Assembly (NCBI GenBank): GCA_965198005.1
Contig: CBDAOI010000004.1
Location: forward strand, 384,001-448,000
Direction: 5' to 3'
Source of the DNA: Spirochaetia bacterium
Lineage (GTDB): Bacteria > Spirochaetota > Spirochaetia > SZUA-6 > Bin103
Length of the DNA stretch: 64,000 nt
The notes beneath the pieces are model-generated. The model was not told where the DNA came from and made no database searches. It was given only the letters and a program-made list of their open reading frames with translations. Both the position numbers and the translations under genes were made by a program. Positions 1 to 9,848 of the stretch are shown here, one piece after another. Each line of letters starts with the position of its first letter. The first letter of the stretch is position 1.

Positions 1-535
1 CATCGGCCTGGCAACGCCTAACTTCTGGCTGGCACTGATGGTCATGATATACCCGGCCATCTGGTGGGGCTGGTCGCCACCGATGGAGCTGGTTTCTTTC
101 ACCGAAGACCCGCTGGGGAATCTCGGGGTGCTCATCATTCCCAGCCTGATTCTGGGGACCTACCTTTCTGCATCCGCAATGCGGATGACGCGCACCATGA
201 TGCTGGAGGTGCTCAGGCAGGACTATATCAGGACGGCCTGGTCCAAGGGTGTCAAGGAGAGGATAGTAATTGTCAGACACGCCATCAAGAATGCCCTCAT
301 CCCGGTAGTTACCCTGGCAGGCCTGCAGTTGCCTATGCTGGTAGGTGGCTCCGTTATCATAGAGAACATATTTAATCTGCCGGGGCTAGGTCGTCTCTTT
401 CTGGTGGCACTCAATAACAGAGACTACCCGGTGGTCTCCGGAGTAAACCTGGTTTTCGCCACGGCGGTTGTGGGGTTCAATCTAATGATAGACCTGATTT
501 ATCCTCATTTGGACCCCAGGGTCCGTTATCAATAA
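1..535 (+). CDS. ABC peptide/nickel transporter permease (DppB/OppB-like), 5' part outside window
   Basis: EAA-like loop 'LEVLRQDYIRTAWSKG...RHAIKNALIP' and C-terminal 'LDPRVRY'; paralogous to four other copies in the window. Confidence 0.93.
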   Translation, partial: IGLATPNFWLALMVMIYPAIWWGWSPPMELVSFTEDPLGNLGVLIIPSLILGTYLSASAMRMTRTMMLEVLRQDYIRTAWSKGVKERIVIVRHAIKNALIPVVTLAGLQLPMLVGGSVIIENIFNLPGLGRLFLVALNNRDYPVVSGVNLVFATAVVGFNLMIDLIYPHLDPRVRYQ

Positions 536-553
536 AGGGGAGAAATCACGAGT

Positions 554-1525
554 ATGGGTGATGTCACAGGGATACCATCACCAGTAAGCGAGCCAAAGAG
601 ACGTGCCGGGCTGGCTGATTTCTTTATCAGGCTGTCGAGGGAGCAGCCACTGGGTACTGCCTGCGGGATTATAGTATTGATATTGATTCTGGTGGCTATC
701 TTTGCCGATGTTCTGGCTCCTTATGACTATCGTGAAATGCACCTGGCAGACAGGCTGACTGGCTCATCGGCCCGGTATCTGCTGGGCACCGACCAACTGG
801 GGCGGGACTTCATGAGCCGTCTTATCTACGGGGCTCGAATTTCGATATTTGTCGGTCTGGCGGCGACCACTCTCAATGTTGTGGTGGCTGTCCTGATAGG
901 CGGCACTTCAGGATTCCTTGGCGGTAAATTGGACCTGGCTGTGCAGAGATTTGTCGACGCCTGGATGTGTTTCCCGGGACTGCTCCTGTTGTTAACCATA
1001 ATGTCCATGGTGGGGCGGGGTATACCACAGATAATAGTGGTCCTGGGGATAACAGGAGGCATCGGTGGCTCACGAACAGTAAGAGGCGCCGTTATTGGTG
1101 TCAAAGAGAACGACTATTTTCAGGCGGCTAAGGCGATTGGCTCTTCAAAATGGAGAACATTTATCCGACATGTGCTTCGCAATATTGCGGCTCCCATAAT
1201 CATTATATTCAGCATCAGTATCGGGGGGGTGATTATGTCTGAGGCTTCTTTGAGTTTCCTCGGCTTTGGTCTGCCGGTTAAGATACCTAGCTGGGGAGGT
1301 CTGCTCAGCCGGGAAGGACGTCAGTACATGGAGGTGGCGCCACGGCTGGCGCTCTTGCCCGGTCTTTGTCTGACGATTGTCGTTTACTGTTTTAACATAT
1401 TCGGCGACGCCGTGAGGGACCTGCTTGATCCGAGGCTCAAGGGTGGCGTGCGTCGTATGGGTGGCTATGGCGCGAAGTCGGTTGAGAAAGCCAGGAAAAG
1501 ACTGGAGGCCAGGGCAAACAAGTAG
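554..1525 (+). CDS. ABC peptide/nickel transporter permease (DppC/OppC-like)
   Basis: 'LLGTDQLGRD', 'EASLSFLGFG..PSWG' and 'GDAVRDLLDPR' motifs. Confidence 0.95.
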   Translation: MGDVTGIPSPVSEPKRRAGLADFFIRLSREQPLGTACGIIVLILILVAIFADVLAPYDYREMHLADRLTGSSARYLLGTDQLGRDFMSRLIYGARISIFVGLAATTLNVVVAVLIGGTSGFLGGKLDLAVQRFVDAWMCFPGLLLLLTIMSMVGRGIPQIIVVLGITGGIGGSRTVRGAVIGVKENDYFQAAKAIGSSKWRTFIRHVLRNIAAPIIIIFSISIGGVIMSEASLSFLGFGLPVKIPSWGGLLSREGRQYMEVAPRLALLPGLCLTIVVYCFNIFGDAVRDLLDPRLKGGVRRMGGYGAKSVEKARKRLEARANK

Positions 1526-2177
1526 CGATGGGACTCGTCGAGAAAGCGGCTATTTCAGCCACACGAGGCGGCTTATCCGATCCCGCAGGCTCTGTCGGAG
1601 CCAACTTGCCCATCAGCGCCCAGATCGGATATAGTTCTTCCTATCACTAGACCGAGGACGGCGGGGGAGGTCGACACTGTCGTGTGTGAGACAACGATTG
1701 AAGAGATCCGCGAACGCCGTGGTCGCTTCATGGAACGCAACGCCGATGAGGATGTCCACGACATCGCCGCCAGCACCATGCGCATGACCAGCGCGTGGCA
1801 ACGACAGCCATGCCACGTGCAGCGAAGCGTCAGGTCGTCGGGCGCCGCGGGGACCGGTCCGGCCTGCTGCATCGCCTGGACCCGCTCGACATAGGCTTCG
1901 TACGTGTAGTTGCCGTGCGTGGGCGGCGGAAACGCCGGACACAGCCCGAACGGCGTACCATAGGGTCTCGCCAACCCGCCTCGCCACCTCGGCAGCATGC
2001 CCTCCGAGTGTCCGTGTGAGACATTCGTTCCACGCCCAGCCGATCGTCGCGTTGACGGCCTTGCGAAACGAAGGTCGATCCAATAGCGTCAACCGCCCGC
2101 TGTGGCAGTTGGCGCGCAGACCTACACCTCGGCGTTGACACCAAGATGCCGCGCGGATACGTTCGCCGGTGGGTCTC

Positions 2178-3200
2178 ATGGCCGACCAGCGAGCAGCAGA
2201 GCAACCGGATGGCGGCGCGTCCGAGACGGCAGTCAGCCAGCCGCACGACAAGTACTTCCAACGCGTGTTCTCGAACGAGCAGGACGCCGCCAGCCTGCTG
2301 CGCACCTGCGTGCCGCGCTCGCTCGCGGACACGCTGAAGTGGTCGACGCTCACCCTGCTGCGCGGTCGCTTCGTGGCTGACGACTGGAGGCGCAACGAGA
2401 CCGATCTGCTGTATTCGGTGGAGCGGGAGGGTACGCAGACGCCGGTGCTGGTGTACGTGCTGCTGGAGCATCAGTCGACGCCGGACCAGTGGCTGCGCCT
2501 GCGGCTGCTCGGCTATTGCGTACAGGTGTGGCAGCAGTGGCACCGGAACCATGAAGATGAAAAGCGGTTGCCGCTGCTGGTGCCGGTGGTATTCTTTCAG
2601 GGAGCGCGGCGGTGGGAGTACGAACGGGAGTTCGCGGAACTGGTAACGGACGCGGCGCCGGAGTGGCGGTGGGTGCCGAAGTTCGAGCACCTGCTGATCG
2701 ACCAGACGGAGCTGGGTGCGGAATCGGTGACCGGCGCGGTAGCGGCGCGGGTGTTGCAGATCGCGATGATGGCGACGTTTCGGGAAGCGCCGGAGGAGTT
2801 GCTGGAATGGGTGACGCGGTTGATTGGGGAGTTGTACCGCGCCAAGGGGTTCGGGGAAGTGGCGAAGCACGTGGAGTACGTGCTGGCGACGCAGCCGGAG
2901 GCACAGCGCAAGGCGTTTTCGGAGGCGCTGCGGAGGAACGTGCCGGGACGCGGAGGAGAGGTGATGAATTACGTGGAAGAAATGATCGAGCGAGGGCGCC
3001 GGGAAGGCCGCCAGGAAGGCCGCCAGGAGGGCCGCCAGGAGGGTGAGTTGAAGGGACAGGTGCGAACCATCGAGGGGTTCGTGGCACGAGATATACCGTG
3101 GTCCACCATCGAAGCGGCCACGGGCATCGACGAGGCCACGTTCCGGCGCCTCAGGCAGCGCATCGACGCGCAGGACAACGGGGCAGAGCCCACCGTCTAG
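2178..3200 (+). CDS. Rpn/YhgA-like PD-(D/E)XK nuclease (recombination-promoting nuclease/putative transposase family)
   Basis: N-terminal 'PHDKYF', 'DLLYSV', 'LLEHQS' motifs and C-terminal (EGRQ)n repeats. Confidence 0.9.
   Translation: MADQRAAEQPDGGASETAVSQPHDKYFQRVFSNEQDAASLLRTCVPRSLADTLKWSTLTLLRGRFVADDWRRNETDLLYSVEREGTQTPVLVYVLLEHQSTPDQWLRLRLLGYCVQVWQQWHRNHEDEKRLPLLVPVVFFQGARRWEYEREFAELVTDAAPEWRWVPKFEHLLIDQTELGAESVTGAVAARVLQIAMMATFREAPEELLEWVTRLIGELYRAKGFGEVAKHVEYVLATQPEAQRKAFSEALRRNVPGRGGEVMNYVEEMIERGRREGRQEGRQEGRQEGELKGQVRTIEGFVARDIPWSTIEAATGIDEATFRRLRQRIDAQDNGAEPTV
2964..3200 (+). CDS. Putative internally initiated small Rpn antitoxin (RpnS-like), 78 aa, in frame with Rpn
   Basis: Strong internal SD GGAGGAGAGG (2952-2961) directly before in-frame GTG/ATG (2961/2964), just upstream of the EGRQ repeats. 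Confidence 0.6.
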   Translation: MNYVEEMIERGRREGRQEGRQEGRQEGELKGQVRTIEGFVARDIPWSTIEAATGIDEATFRRLRQRIDAQDNGAEPTV

Positions 3201-3870
3201 GGCCGCCGTCGCAGCCTCGACCGCAGCCTGCGCGCTGCTGCCACACTGTGGGAATGCACCCGCGCGACACCGTCCCCTTGACGATGTAGCGCGGATGCTG
3301 CGCCTGGTGGCGGCCAGCGATGATGTGAACGGTGTCGCGGTACAGATAGAGCACTCCTGCCATACCCGCGGCCTCGGGCGGCATCGCGTAGCCGCGACCG
3401 TCGTAGCTCACCTCCGCGGTGACTTCCACCTGAATCGGTATGCGCAGCGCCAGCCGCTCCGGAGGCACGCCGAGCGGCCAGGCGGGGCAGCTCCTGCTGC
3501 CGGCGCTGCTCGGGGATCCACCGCCGCCCACCGCGACCACTTCAGCCGCGAGCCGAAGAACCGCACCACCTCGCTGGTACCATCCAGGTAGACAACGCGC
3601 ACCTCGCCGAAGTCGTGCTGGGAGAACTCGCCCGGCACCCCTTCGAAGCGCATCATCACCCGGGTGGCATGCGGGCGCAGCTCGGCAATCAGCTCATACA
3701 GCGCTGACTTGCCTCCCTCGTACCCTTCCAGCCGCGCCCGGTGCAGAATCTCCACCGACTTCAGCGGACGGCGCCTCTCCTCGTCCACCTCTTCCACCAA
3801 CTCCTGGACCAACGGACGGAATGCCTCGACGCTGCCCGCCTGGAGGGCATGCGTGCCTTCTCTCCACCCG
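3197..3870 (-). pseudogene. IS21-family transposase (IstA) remnant with internal deletion
   Basis: 'GYEGGKSALYELIAELRP...RFEGVPGEFSQHDFGE' fused at ~3520 to the C-terminal 'LRIPIQV..TAEVSYDGRGYAMP'; the catalytic middle is missing. Confidence 0.8.
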
Positions 3871-3874
3871 AGGT

Positions 3875-4034
3875 CATCCCCTGTGTGGTGCCCGGCCTTC
3901 TGCTGTACGAGTTGGCCAAGCTCGGCCAAGTATCGCGGCAAGAGGCCGAGCGGTTGCTGCAGCGTCTTCAGCAGTCCATCAGCAGCGAAGAGTATCAGAT
4001 CGTTCGCCACCTGATGAGAGGACTTGAGCAATGA
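3875..4034 (+). pseudogene. 3' remnant of PIN-like gene (copy of 24085-24549)
   Basis: Nearly identical to 24390-24549; 5' part replaced by IS21 sequence. Confidence 0.85.
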
Positions 4035-4333
4035 GTGTTCGCAGCATACGGATTACCGAGGAAATTGAGACAGCCGTCCGGTATGTCGCCGACCGGGAAC
4101 ACGCCGCGCAGGCACAGTCATTGCGCAAGCTGGCCCGAATGGGATTCGAAGCCTACGTCGCCGGCCAGTACCGGGTAGGGGAGGTCAGCCTACGGCAAGC
4201 TGCCGGTCTACTGGGAGTGACACTATGGGAAGCCCTCGACCGCCTTGCCGCGCTGGGTGCCACGGGCAACGCCAGCGGCGAGTCAGTACTGGCCGCGTTG
4301 GCTACGCTGGAAGCACCGCGGAAGCCGCTCTGA
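4031..4333 (+). CDS. UPF0175-like HTH protein, putative antitoxin
   Basis: 'YRVGEVSLRQAAGLLGVTLWE' HTH pattern; ATGA coupling to the PIN-like gene; protein identical to 24546-24848. Confidence 0.7.
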   Translation: MSVRSIRITEEIETAVRYVADREHAAQAQSLRKLARMGFEAYVAGQYRVGEVSLRQAAGLLGVTLWEALDRLAALGATGNASGESVLAALATLEAPRKPL

Positions 4334-4486
4334 GCTCAGGGCCCGTGCACTGACCGTGTCGGGGATACGCAAGCCCGAGCCCGGACGGACGGCCGCTCGG
4401 GGAACACCATCACCAGCGAGCTGCGCTTGACCAGCTGCAGGGCGCGCCGCGCACCTTGCCTCGCCTCGGGTTCGGCGGTCAGGGTC

Positions 4487-4888
4487 GGTCACCTCCGAGT
4501 GGTTGACCGGGTGGTCGCGTCCATAGCAAGCTTGCCTGGCTTGGTGCGACGGATGCCGATGAAGCGCCATGATGACAGGCAGCGCAGTGGCCGGTGGCCG
4601 GTGACGTTCGGTGACGTCCGAGTCGTTGACAGGCTGGTCGCGTCCATAGCAAGCTTGCCTGGCCTGGGGCGACGGATGCCGATGAAGCGCCATGATGACA
4701 GTCAGCGCAGTGACGGGTTGCCGGTGACCTTCGCTCACCCCGGTGACCCCCGTGACCCCCACGAGTCGTTGACGGCGCGCCGCGCCTATGCTAGCGTGCC
4801 TCACCTGGGGTTCGACGGATGGTCATGAAGCGTCACGATGACAGGCAGCGCAGTGACCGGTTCGCTGTGACGCGACCGGTGCATCATA
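4487..4888 (+). repeat. Degenerate ~125-bp tandem repeat array A (3 units)
   Basis: Recurrent GGTGACNTCCGAGTNGTTGACNGG...GCAAGCTTGCCT...ATGAAGCGCCATGATGACAG.CAGCGCAGTG.CCGG. Confidence 0.9.
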
Positions 4889-4900
4889 CCCCTCCTCCCC

Positions 4901-5414
4901 ACTTTTTCAAAACCGAGAAACAACTAACCGCTCGGGCTGATCGCCCCCTACGCGACCCCGCGCACACCGTCGCCTTCACCACCGCCGTAGCTATCGGTGG
5001 CGCCCGCTCGGTCCATCGCCGAACCGGCATGCTGGCCGCCCGCGTCCTTCCAGGCGACCGCAACCGTCCCGGATCCCCGCCCGCGACTAACTGCGCGCAA
5101 AACCCACCGCCTGCGTTGGCGGCCATTCAGACTCACTGCTGCTCAGACCACCGCCACGCGTGGCGTTGTAACGCAGATCCCGACGTAAATCTAGAGAAGA
5201 AGGAGCTTCGAATGATACTCAAAGAACCGCACGCGCGCGCGGCGTGAGCCGGGGTGAACTACGGGCCTGGTTCCCGCTCACCCGTTGAGTCACACGCCGC
5301 GCGCTTTTAGTGAATTTGACTCAGACTGGTCGCCCGCGTTGCGGGCCCGAGAGTAGCCAGGGAGCGGCAAGTCGCTCCGCAATACTCTCGAAAAATCCAC
5401 ATAGGGAGAAACCT
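4901..5414 (+). promoter_or_regulatory. Conserved ~500-bp SBP leader, copy 1 (candidate attenuator/structured RNA)
   Basis: Near-identical sequence precedes every SBP gene; contains SD + mini-ORF and inverted repeats. Confidence 0.75.
5212..5247 (+). CDS. Putative leader peptide MILKEPHARAA
   Basis: SD-like AAGGAG upstream of ATG; same peptide at 12160-12195, 27896-27931 and 36621-36656. Confidence 0.45.
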   Translation: MILKEPHARAA

Positions 5415-7238
5415 ATGAACATTGAAAAAATTAGAATGACCTTCGCGATTGCGTTGGTCCTGATTCTGACCGCACCCGGCCTCTGGGCTACTGGTGCGGA
5501 AGAGGAGCCGGCAGCCGCTGCCGACAAGAGGTATGTGACCGACCCCGTCACCGGCAAGGCGGTGTCCGCGCCCCAGTACGGCGGGAAATTAACCTATCCC
5601 AATGTATGGGACTTAAGCGCTCTTGGTTTTGACGCCTGGTTTAGCGCGAATGCACTTCTCGCCACCAGTGGCGTTGTAGAGAAACTGGGCATCGCGGACT
5701 GGGCAATAGATAGGGACACGTATCCCTTCATGGGCGGCACCTTACTGCCTCTAAACGCCATAAGGGGAGCGCTGGCGGAAAGCTGGGAGCAGCCCGACGA
5801 CACAACCTATATCTTCAACATCCGCCAGGGCGTTAAGTGGCATGATAAGCCACCGATGAACGGTCGGGAGCTAACTGCCTATGATGTAGAACATACCTTT
5901 CACCGTTTATTGGGGAATAAGTTGACAGGGACCGAGTTCAGTGCAGCCGAACCTAACGCATCGTGGGGTGACTTCGCAACTTTGCCTTGGGAATCGGTAA
6001 CGGCCACCGACAAATATACGGTTGTCTTTAAGCTAAAGGAGCCAGAGCGTAACGTCCTGGAGAGGATCTTGGACTGGTGGAACGGTGTTATACAGCCCCC
6101 CGAGGTAATCGAGCAATACGGGGACATGAAGGATTGGAGGAATGTGGTCGGCACCGGGCCCTATACGATAACTGACTTCGTCGCGGACAGCTCTATAACC
6201 TATACCAAGAATCCTAACTACTGGGGCTTCGACGAAAAATACCCGGAGAACCGTTTGCCCTATATTGACGAGGTAGAGGCCCTTACTATCAAGGAACCGG
6301 CAACAAGGCTGGCGGGACTGCGCACGGCTAAGCTCGATTTCGTAGGTTTCGCGGGCAACACTCAAATAATGGAGGTAGACCAGCTAGAGAGCCTCTTGCG
6401 GACCAACCCGGACCTCGTGGTGCATCCGTATTTATCCCGGTCCAATAATTGTGGTTTGATTAACGTGAGCAAGCCGCCCTTTGACGACGTCCGGGTGCGC
6501 CACGCACTGCAGATGGCAATTGACATGGAGACAATCAACCGTGCCTTATATAACGGTGATGGGGATGCGATACCTCAGGGGTTTATAGGCAGGGTTTTCA
6601 AGGAGCATGTCGTCCCGTTTGAAGAGTGGTCCGAAGAGCTCAAGGGATACTATACCTATGACGTGGCAGGGGCCGAGAAGCTGCTTGACGAGGCGGGATA
6701 TCCTCGCGGTGCCGACGGCATTAGATTCAAGATCACGCGCAGCCTCCGGGATCTATATGATTTGAGCTTTATAGAATTACAGGCTGAATACTGGCGTGAC
6801 ATTGGCGTTGATGTGGATATTTTAGCACAGATAACTGCGGAATGGATCGCTGGACAGAGATCTGGAGATTTTGAGATAACTTCAGAATCGTGCGCTTCCG
6901 CGTCGTCTACCTTTGGTAACCCAGCCCAGCTGTTGTCATGGTATTTGAGCGACAGTCCTAGGAACGCCTCCGTCCGCGACGCGCAATATGACGCCTGGTG
7001 GGAAGCCCTGCTAGCTGCTACCACCGTGGAGGAGGAGCGGAGGCTGGCGAAAGATATGGGCATGCGCGCGATAGAGCAGCACTGGATGCTCTGGGGGCTT
7101 TTGTCCCCGCAGTATCAGGTGCACCAGCCGTGGGTGATAGGTTATAACGGCGAAGCCGGCATGGGAGGAAGGCAACACTTTACTATTTTCCCACGGCTCT
7201 GGATTGATAGTGAGCTGAAGGAGGCAATGGGTTATTAG
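5415..7238 (+). CDS. ABC transporter substrate-binding protein, family 5 (DppA/OppA-like)
   Basis: Signal peptide; 'PQYGG', 'LAESWE', 'WHDKPPMNGRELTA', 'VGTGPY', 'DVRVRHALQMAID' motifs; SD GGGAG before ATG 5415. Confidence 0.93.
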   Translation: MNIEKIRMTFAIALVLILTAPGLWATGAEEEPAAAADKRYVTDPVTGKAVSAPQYGGKLTYPNVWDLSALGFDAWFSANALLATSGVVEKLGIADWAIDRDTYPFMGGTLLPLNAIRGALAESWEQPDDTTYIFNIRQGVKWHDKPPMNGRELTAYDVEHTFHRLLGNKLTGTEFSAAEPNASWGDFATLPWESVTATDKYTVVFKLKEPERNVLERILDWWNGVIQPPEVIEQYGDMKDWRNVVGTGPYTITDFVADSSITYTKNPNYWGFDEKYPENRLPYIDEVEALTIKEPATRLAGLRTAKLDFVGFAGNTQIMEVDQLESLLRTNPDLVVHPYLSRSNNCGLINVSKPPFDDVRVRHALQMAIDMETINRALYNGDGDAIPQGFIGRVFKEHVVPFEEWSEELKGYYTYDVAGAEKLLDEAGYPRGADGIRFKITRSLRDLYDLSFIELQAEYWRDIGVDVDILAQITAEWIAGQRSGDFEITSESCASASSTFGNPAQLLSWYLSDSPRNASVRDAQYDAWWEALLAATTVEEERRLAKDMGMRAIEQHWMLWGLLSPQYQVHQPWVIGYNGEAGMGGRQHFTIFPRLWIDSELKEAMGY

Positions 7239-7416
7239 GGGTTACATCCCCCTTCTGGCTTAGCTCAGGGAAAAAGGGGGCTGGGAGGTTCAGGCTTCCC
7301 AGCTCCCTAACGTGCGATTTATGCAACGAACTTCCGTGTCGGGACAATAGAATCAGGGCTCGCAATGACAAAAGAGGGTTGGCAATTACGGGGGAAATCG
7401 CAATGAGGTGTGTGCC

Positions 7417-8426
7417 ATGAGAGCCTATATCATCAGGCGGTTATTACTGATAATTCCTACCCTGTTTATCCTTACCATGCTGGTCTTTCTCTCGGTCCGC
7501 TTTATCCCCGGCGATATAGTAGACGAAATGGTGGGTATGTTGGAAGATTATTCCCTCGGGTCGGTCGAGATTGACCGTGAAGCTGTTGAGCGGATGCTGG
7601 GATTAGACGTGCCTGTGCACGTGCAGTACGGACGCTGGATAGGAGTGTTGCCGACCCCTGTCCGGTTTACCGGTGAGTACTACTACAACGGTCTCCTCCA
7701 GGGCACCTTTGGCGAATCACTGTTTGGCGGCGCTGTTTCGATAGAGGGGGAGATAATAGATAGACTACCAGTAACCTTTGAGCTTGGTGTCCTGGCAATC
7801 GTGATCGGTTTCGTCATAGCCCTGCCGGTGGGCATCTACTCGGCGATTCGCCAGGATACGGCCGCCGACTACGTGGGGCGCACCGCGGCCGTCATCGGCA
7901 TGGCAACGCCAAACTTCTGGCTGGCCCTGATGGTCATGATCTTCCCGGCAATCTGGTGGGGCTGGTCGCCACCGCTGAAGCTGATTCCCTTCACGGAAGA
8001 CCCGCGGGGAACCTGGGGATGTTCCTCATTCCCAGCCTGATTCTGGGGACAGCCATGTCTGCCGGCACCATGCGGATGACACGCACCATGATGCTGGAGG
8101 TGCTCAGGCAAGACTACGTCAGGACCGCCTGGTCCAAGGGTCTCAATGAGAGGGTGGTTATTATGAGGCACGCCGTCAAGAATGCTCTCATCCCGGTGGT
8201 TACGTTGATAGGCATGCAGTTGCCTATCCTGGTAGGCGGCTCCGTTATCATCGAGAATATATTCAACCTGCCGGGGGTAGGTAGGTTATTTCTGACTGCC
8301 CTCAATAGTAGAGACTATCCGAGGATCCAAGGACTAAACCTGTTTATATCTGCATTCGTTATGCTTAACTTTCTACTTGTCGACATGATTTATCCTTATT
8401 TAGACCCCAGGATCCGATATAAATAG
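7417..8426 (+). pseudogene. DppB-like permease with 1-nt frameshift
   Basis: GACCCGCGGGG at ~8000-8009 versus GACCCGCTGGGG in the near-identical paralog at 30353-31360; either a real lesion or a sequencing error. Confidence 0.85.
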
Positions 8427-8444
8427 AAGGGACAAATCGACACT

Positions 8445-9365
8445 ATGAGTGATGACACACCAGTAATCGAGCCAAATAGACGTTCCAGGCTGGCTGATTT
8501 ATCTATCAGGCTGGTCAGGGAGAAGCGGCTCGGTACTGCCAGCGGGATTATCATATTGATATTGATTCTTGTCAGTATCTTTGCCGATGCTGTGGCTCCT
8601 TATCCATATTATGAAGTGCACCTGATAGACAGACTGCAGGGCTCATCAGCCCAGTATCTGCTGGGTACCGACCATTTGGGGCGAGACTTCTTGAGCCGCA
8701 TCATCGTCGGGGCTCGTCTTTCGTTAGTCGTCGGTCTTTCAGCGACCACTGTTAATGTTGTGGTTGCCGCAATAATAGGCGTCCCTTCGGGATACTTTGG
8801 CGGTAAGTATGACATTATAGTGCAGAGGTTTGTTGATGCCTGGATAGCCTTCCCGGGGCTGCTCCTGTTGCTGACCATAATGTCCATAGTGGGGCAGGGT
8901 ATCCCGCAGATAATCGCGGTCCTGGGGATATCAGGAGGCATCGGCACCTCAAGAGTAGTCAGGGGCGCCGTGATCGACATTAAGGAGAATGACTATTTTC
9001 TGGCGGCCCCGGCAATCGGCAGCCGCGGCACCGCAACACTGATGCGGCATGTCCTGCCCAATATTATGCCTGTCATGATCATCATATTCAGCATCAGCGT
9101 CGGGGGGGTGATTATTGCTGAGGCCTCTCTGAGCTTCCTGGGATTCGGTCTGCCAGTCAACATTCCTAGCTGGGGAGGTCTCCTCAGCCGGGAAGGGCGT
9201 CAGTACATGGAGGCGGCCCCATGGCTGGCTATCTGGCCCGGTCTTGTCCTGACTATTACCGTTTACAGTTTCAACATGTTTGGCGACGCCCTCAGGGACC
9301 TGCTCGACCCGCGGCTGCGCGGTGGTGGAGGGCGTCTCGGTGCCGATGCCGCCAGGTCGGTCTAA
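8445..9365 (+). CDS. DppC/OppC-like permease
   Basis: Same motifs as 554-1525. Confidence 0.95.
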   Translation: MSDDTPVIEPNRRSRLADLSIRLVREKRLGTASGIIILILILVSIFADAVAPYPYYEVHLIDRLQGSSAQYLLGTDHLGRDFLSRIIVGARLSLVVGLSATTVNVVVAAIIGVPSGYFGGKYDIIVQRFVDAWIAFPGLLLLLTIMSIVGQGIPQIIAVLGISGGIGTSRVVRGAVIDIKENDYFLAAPAIGSRGTATLMRHVLPNIMPVMIIIFSISVGGVIIAEASLSFLGFGLPVNIPSWGGLLSREGRQYMEAAPWLAIWPGLVLTITVYSFNMFGDALRDLLDPRLRGGGGRLGADAARSV

Positions 9366-9620
9366 GAAGGCGCGCCTGCGGCGGCGCAGGTGGGCACGCG
9401 CCTGCGCCCGGGCGGCCGTCCAGCCCAGTCAGCAAGGCGAGGTGCGACGGATCGGCCCCAGATGTCTTCGCGCTCGATCACTCCGGCGCCTCCATCCTTC
9501 AGCTTCGGTACCGCCGCGCCGCCCCGTGCGTGCGCGGCCGACCGGCAACCCGCGGGTTCAGGCCGGATGCTCGGTGACCTTCACCCGTGGTGCCCTCCTT
9601 GGCCCCATGGGTGCCATGTA
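9366..9620 (+). repeat. ~250-bp dispersed trailer repeat downstream of dppC
   Basis: Shared blocks CACGCGCCTGCG, CTCGATCAC, CATCCTTCAGCTTC, GGTGACCT.CACCCGTGG also at 32300-32540, 35560-35655, 41202-41445 and 45006-45255. Confidence 0.75.
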
Positions 9621-9848
9621 GCTCCCGGCCCGCGACCGGGACGTCGTGGGCTGGGAGCCCGGCCAATCCGGAGGCGCGCAAGTTCAGCCGATCGCAGAGC
9701 CGGGCGTGGCAAGGTGCACGAGGCCAGAATCGCCGTTGACTTTTCTGAGTCGCCCGCGGAAGATGGTGATTCGGGTTGATCAGATGCGGATGGAGCGCCA
9801 TCATGACAGTCAGCGCAGTGGTCGGTTCGCGATAACGTTCGATGACGT

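Noticed and set aside
1526-1540. 15-bp match CGATGGGACTCGTCG with 23887-23901 as an element end or target duplication
   Set aside because: No further similarity on either side; a match this short can arise by chance in 64 kb
5310-5414. N-terminal extensions of SBP ORFs in the ORF track (5310, 12258, 27975)
   Set aside because: They run through the conserved leader; SD-like sequences and signal peptides indicate starts at 5415, 12324 and 28071
4901-5414. Known riboswitch or T-box in the leader
   Set aside because: I could not recognise consensus motifs of TPP, cobalamin, SAM, FMN, glycine or T-box elements by eye; an Rfam search is still needed
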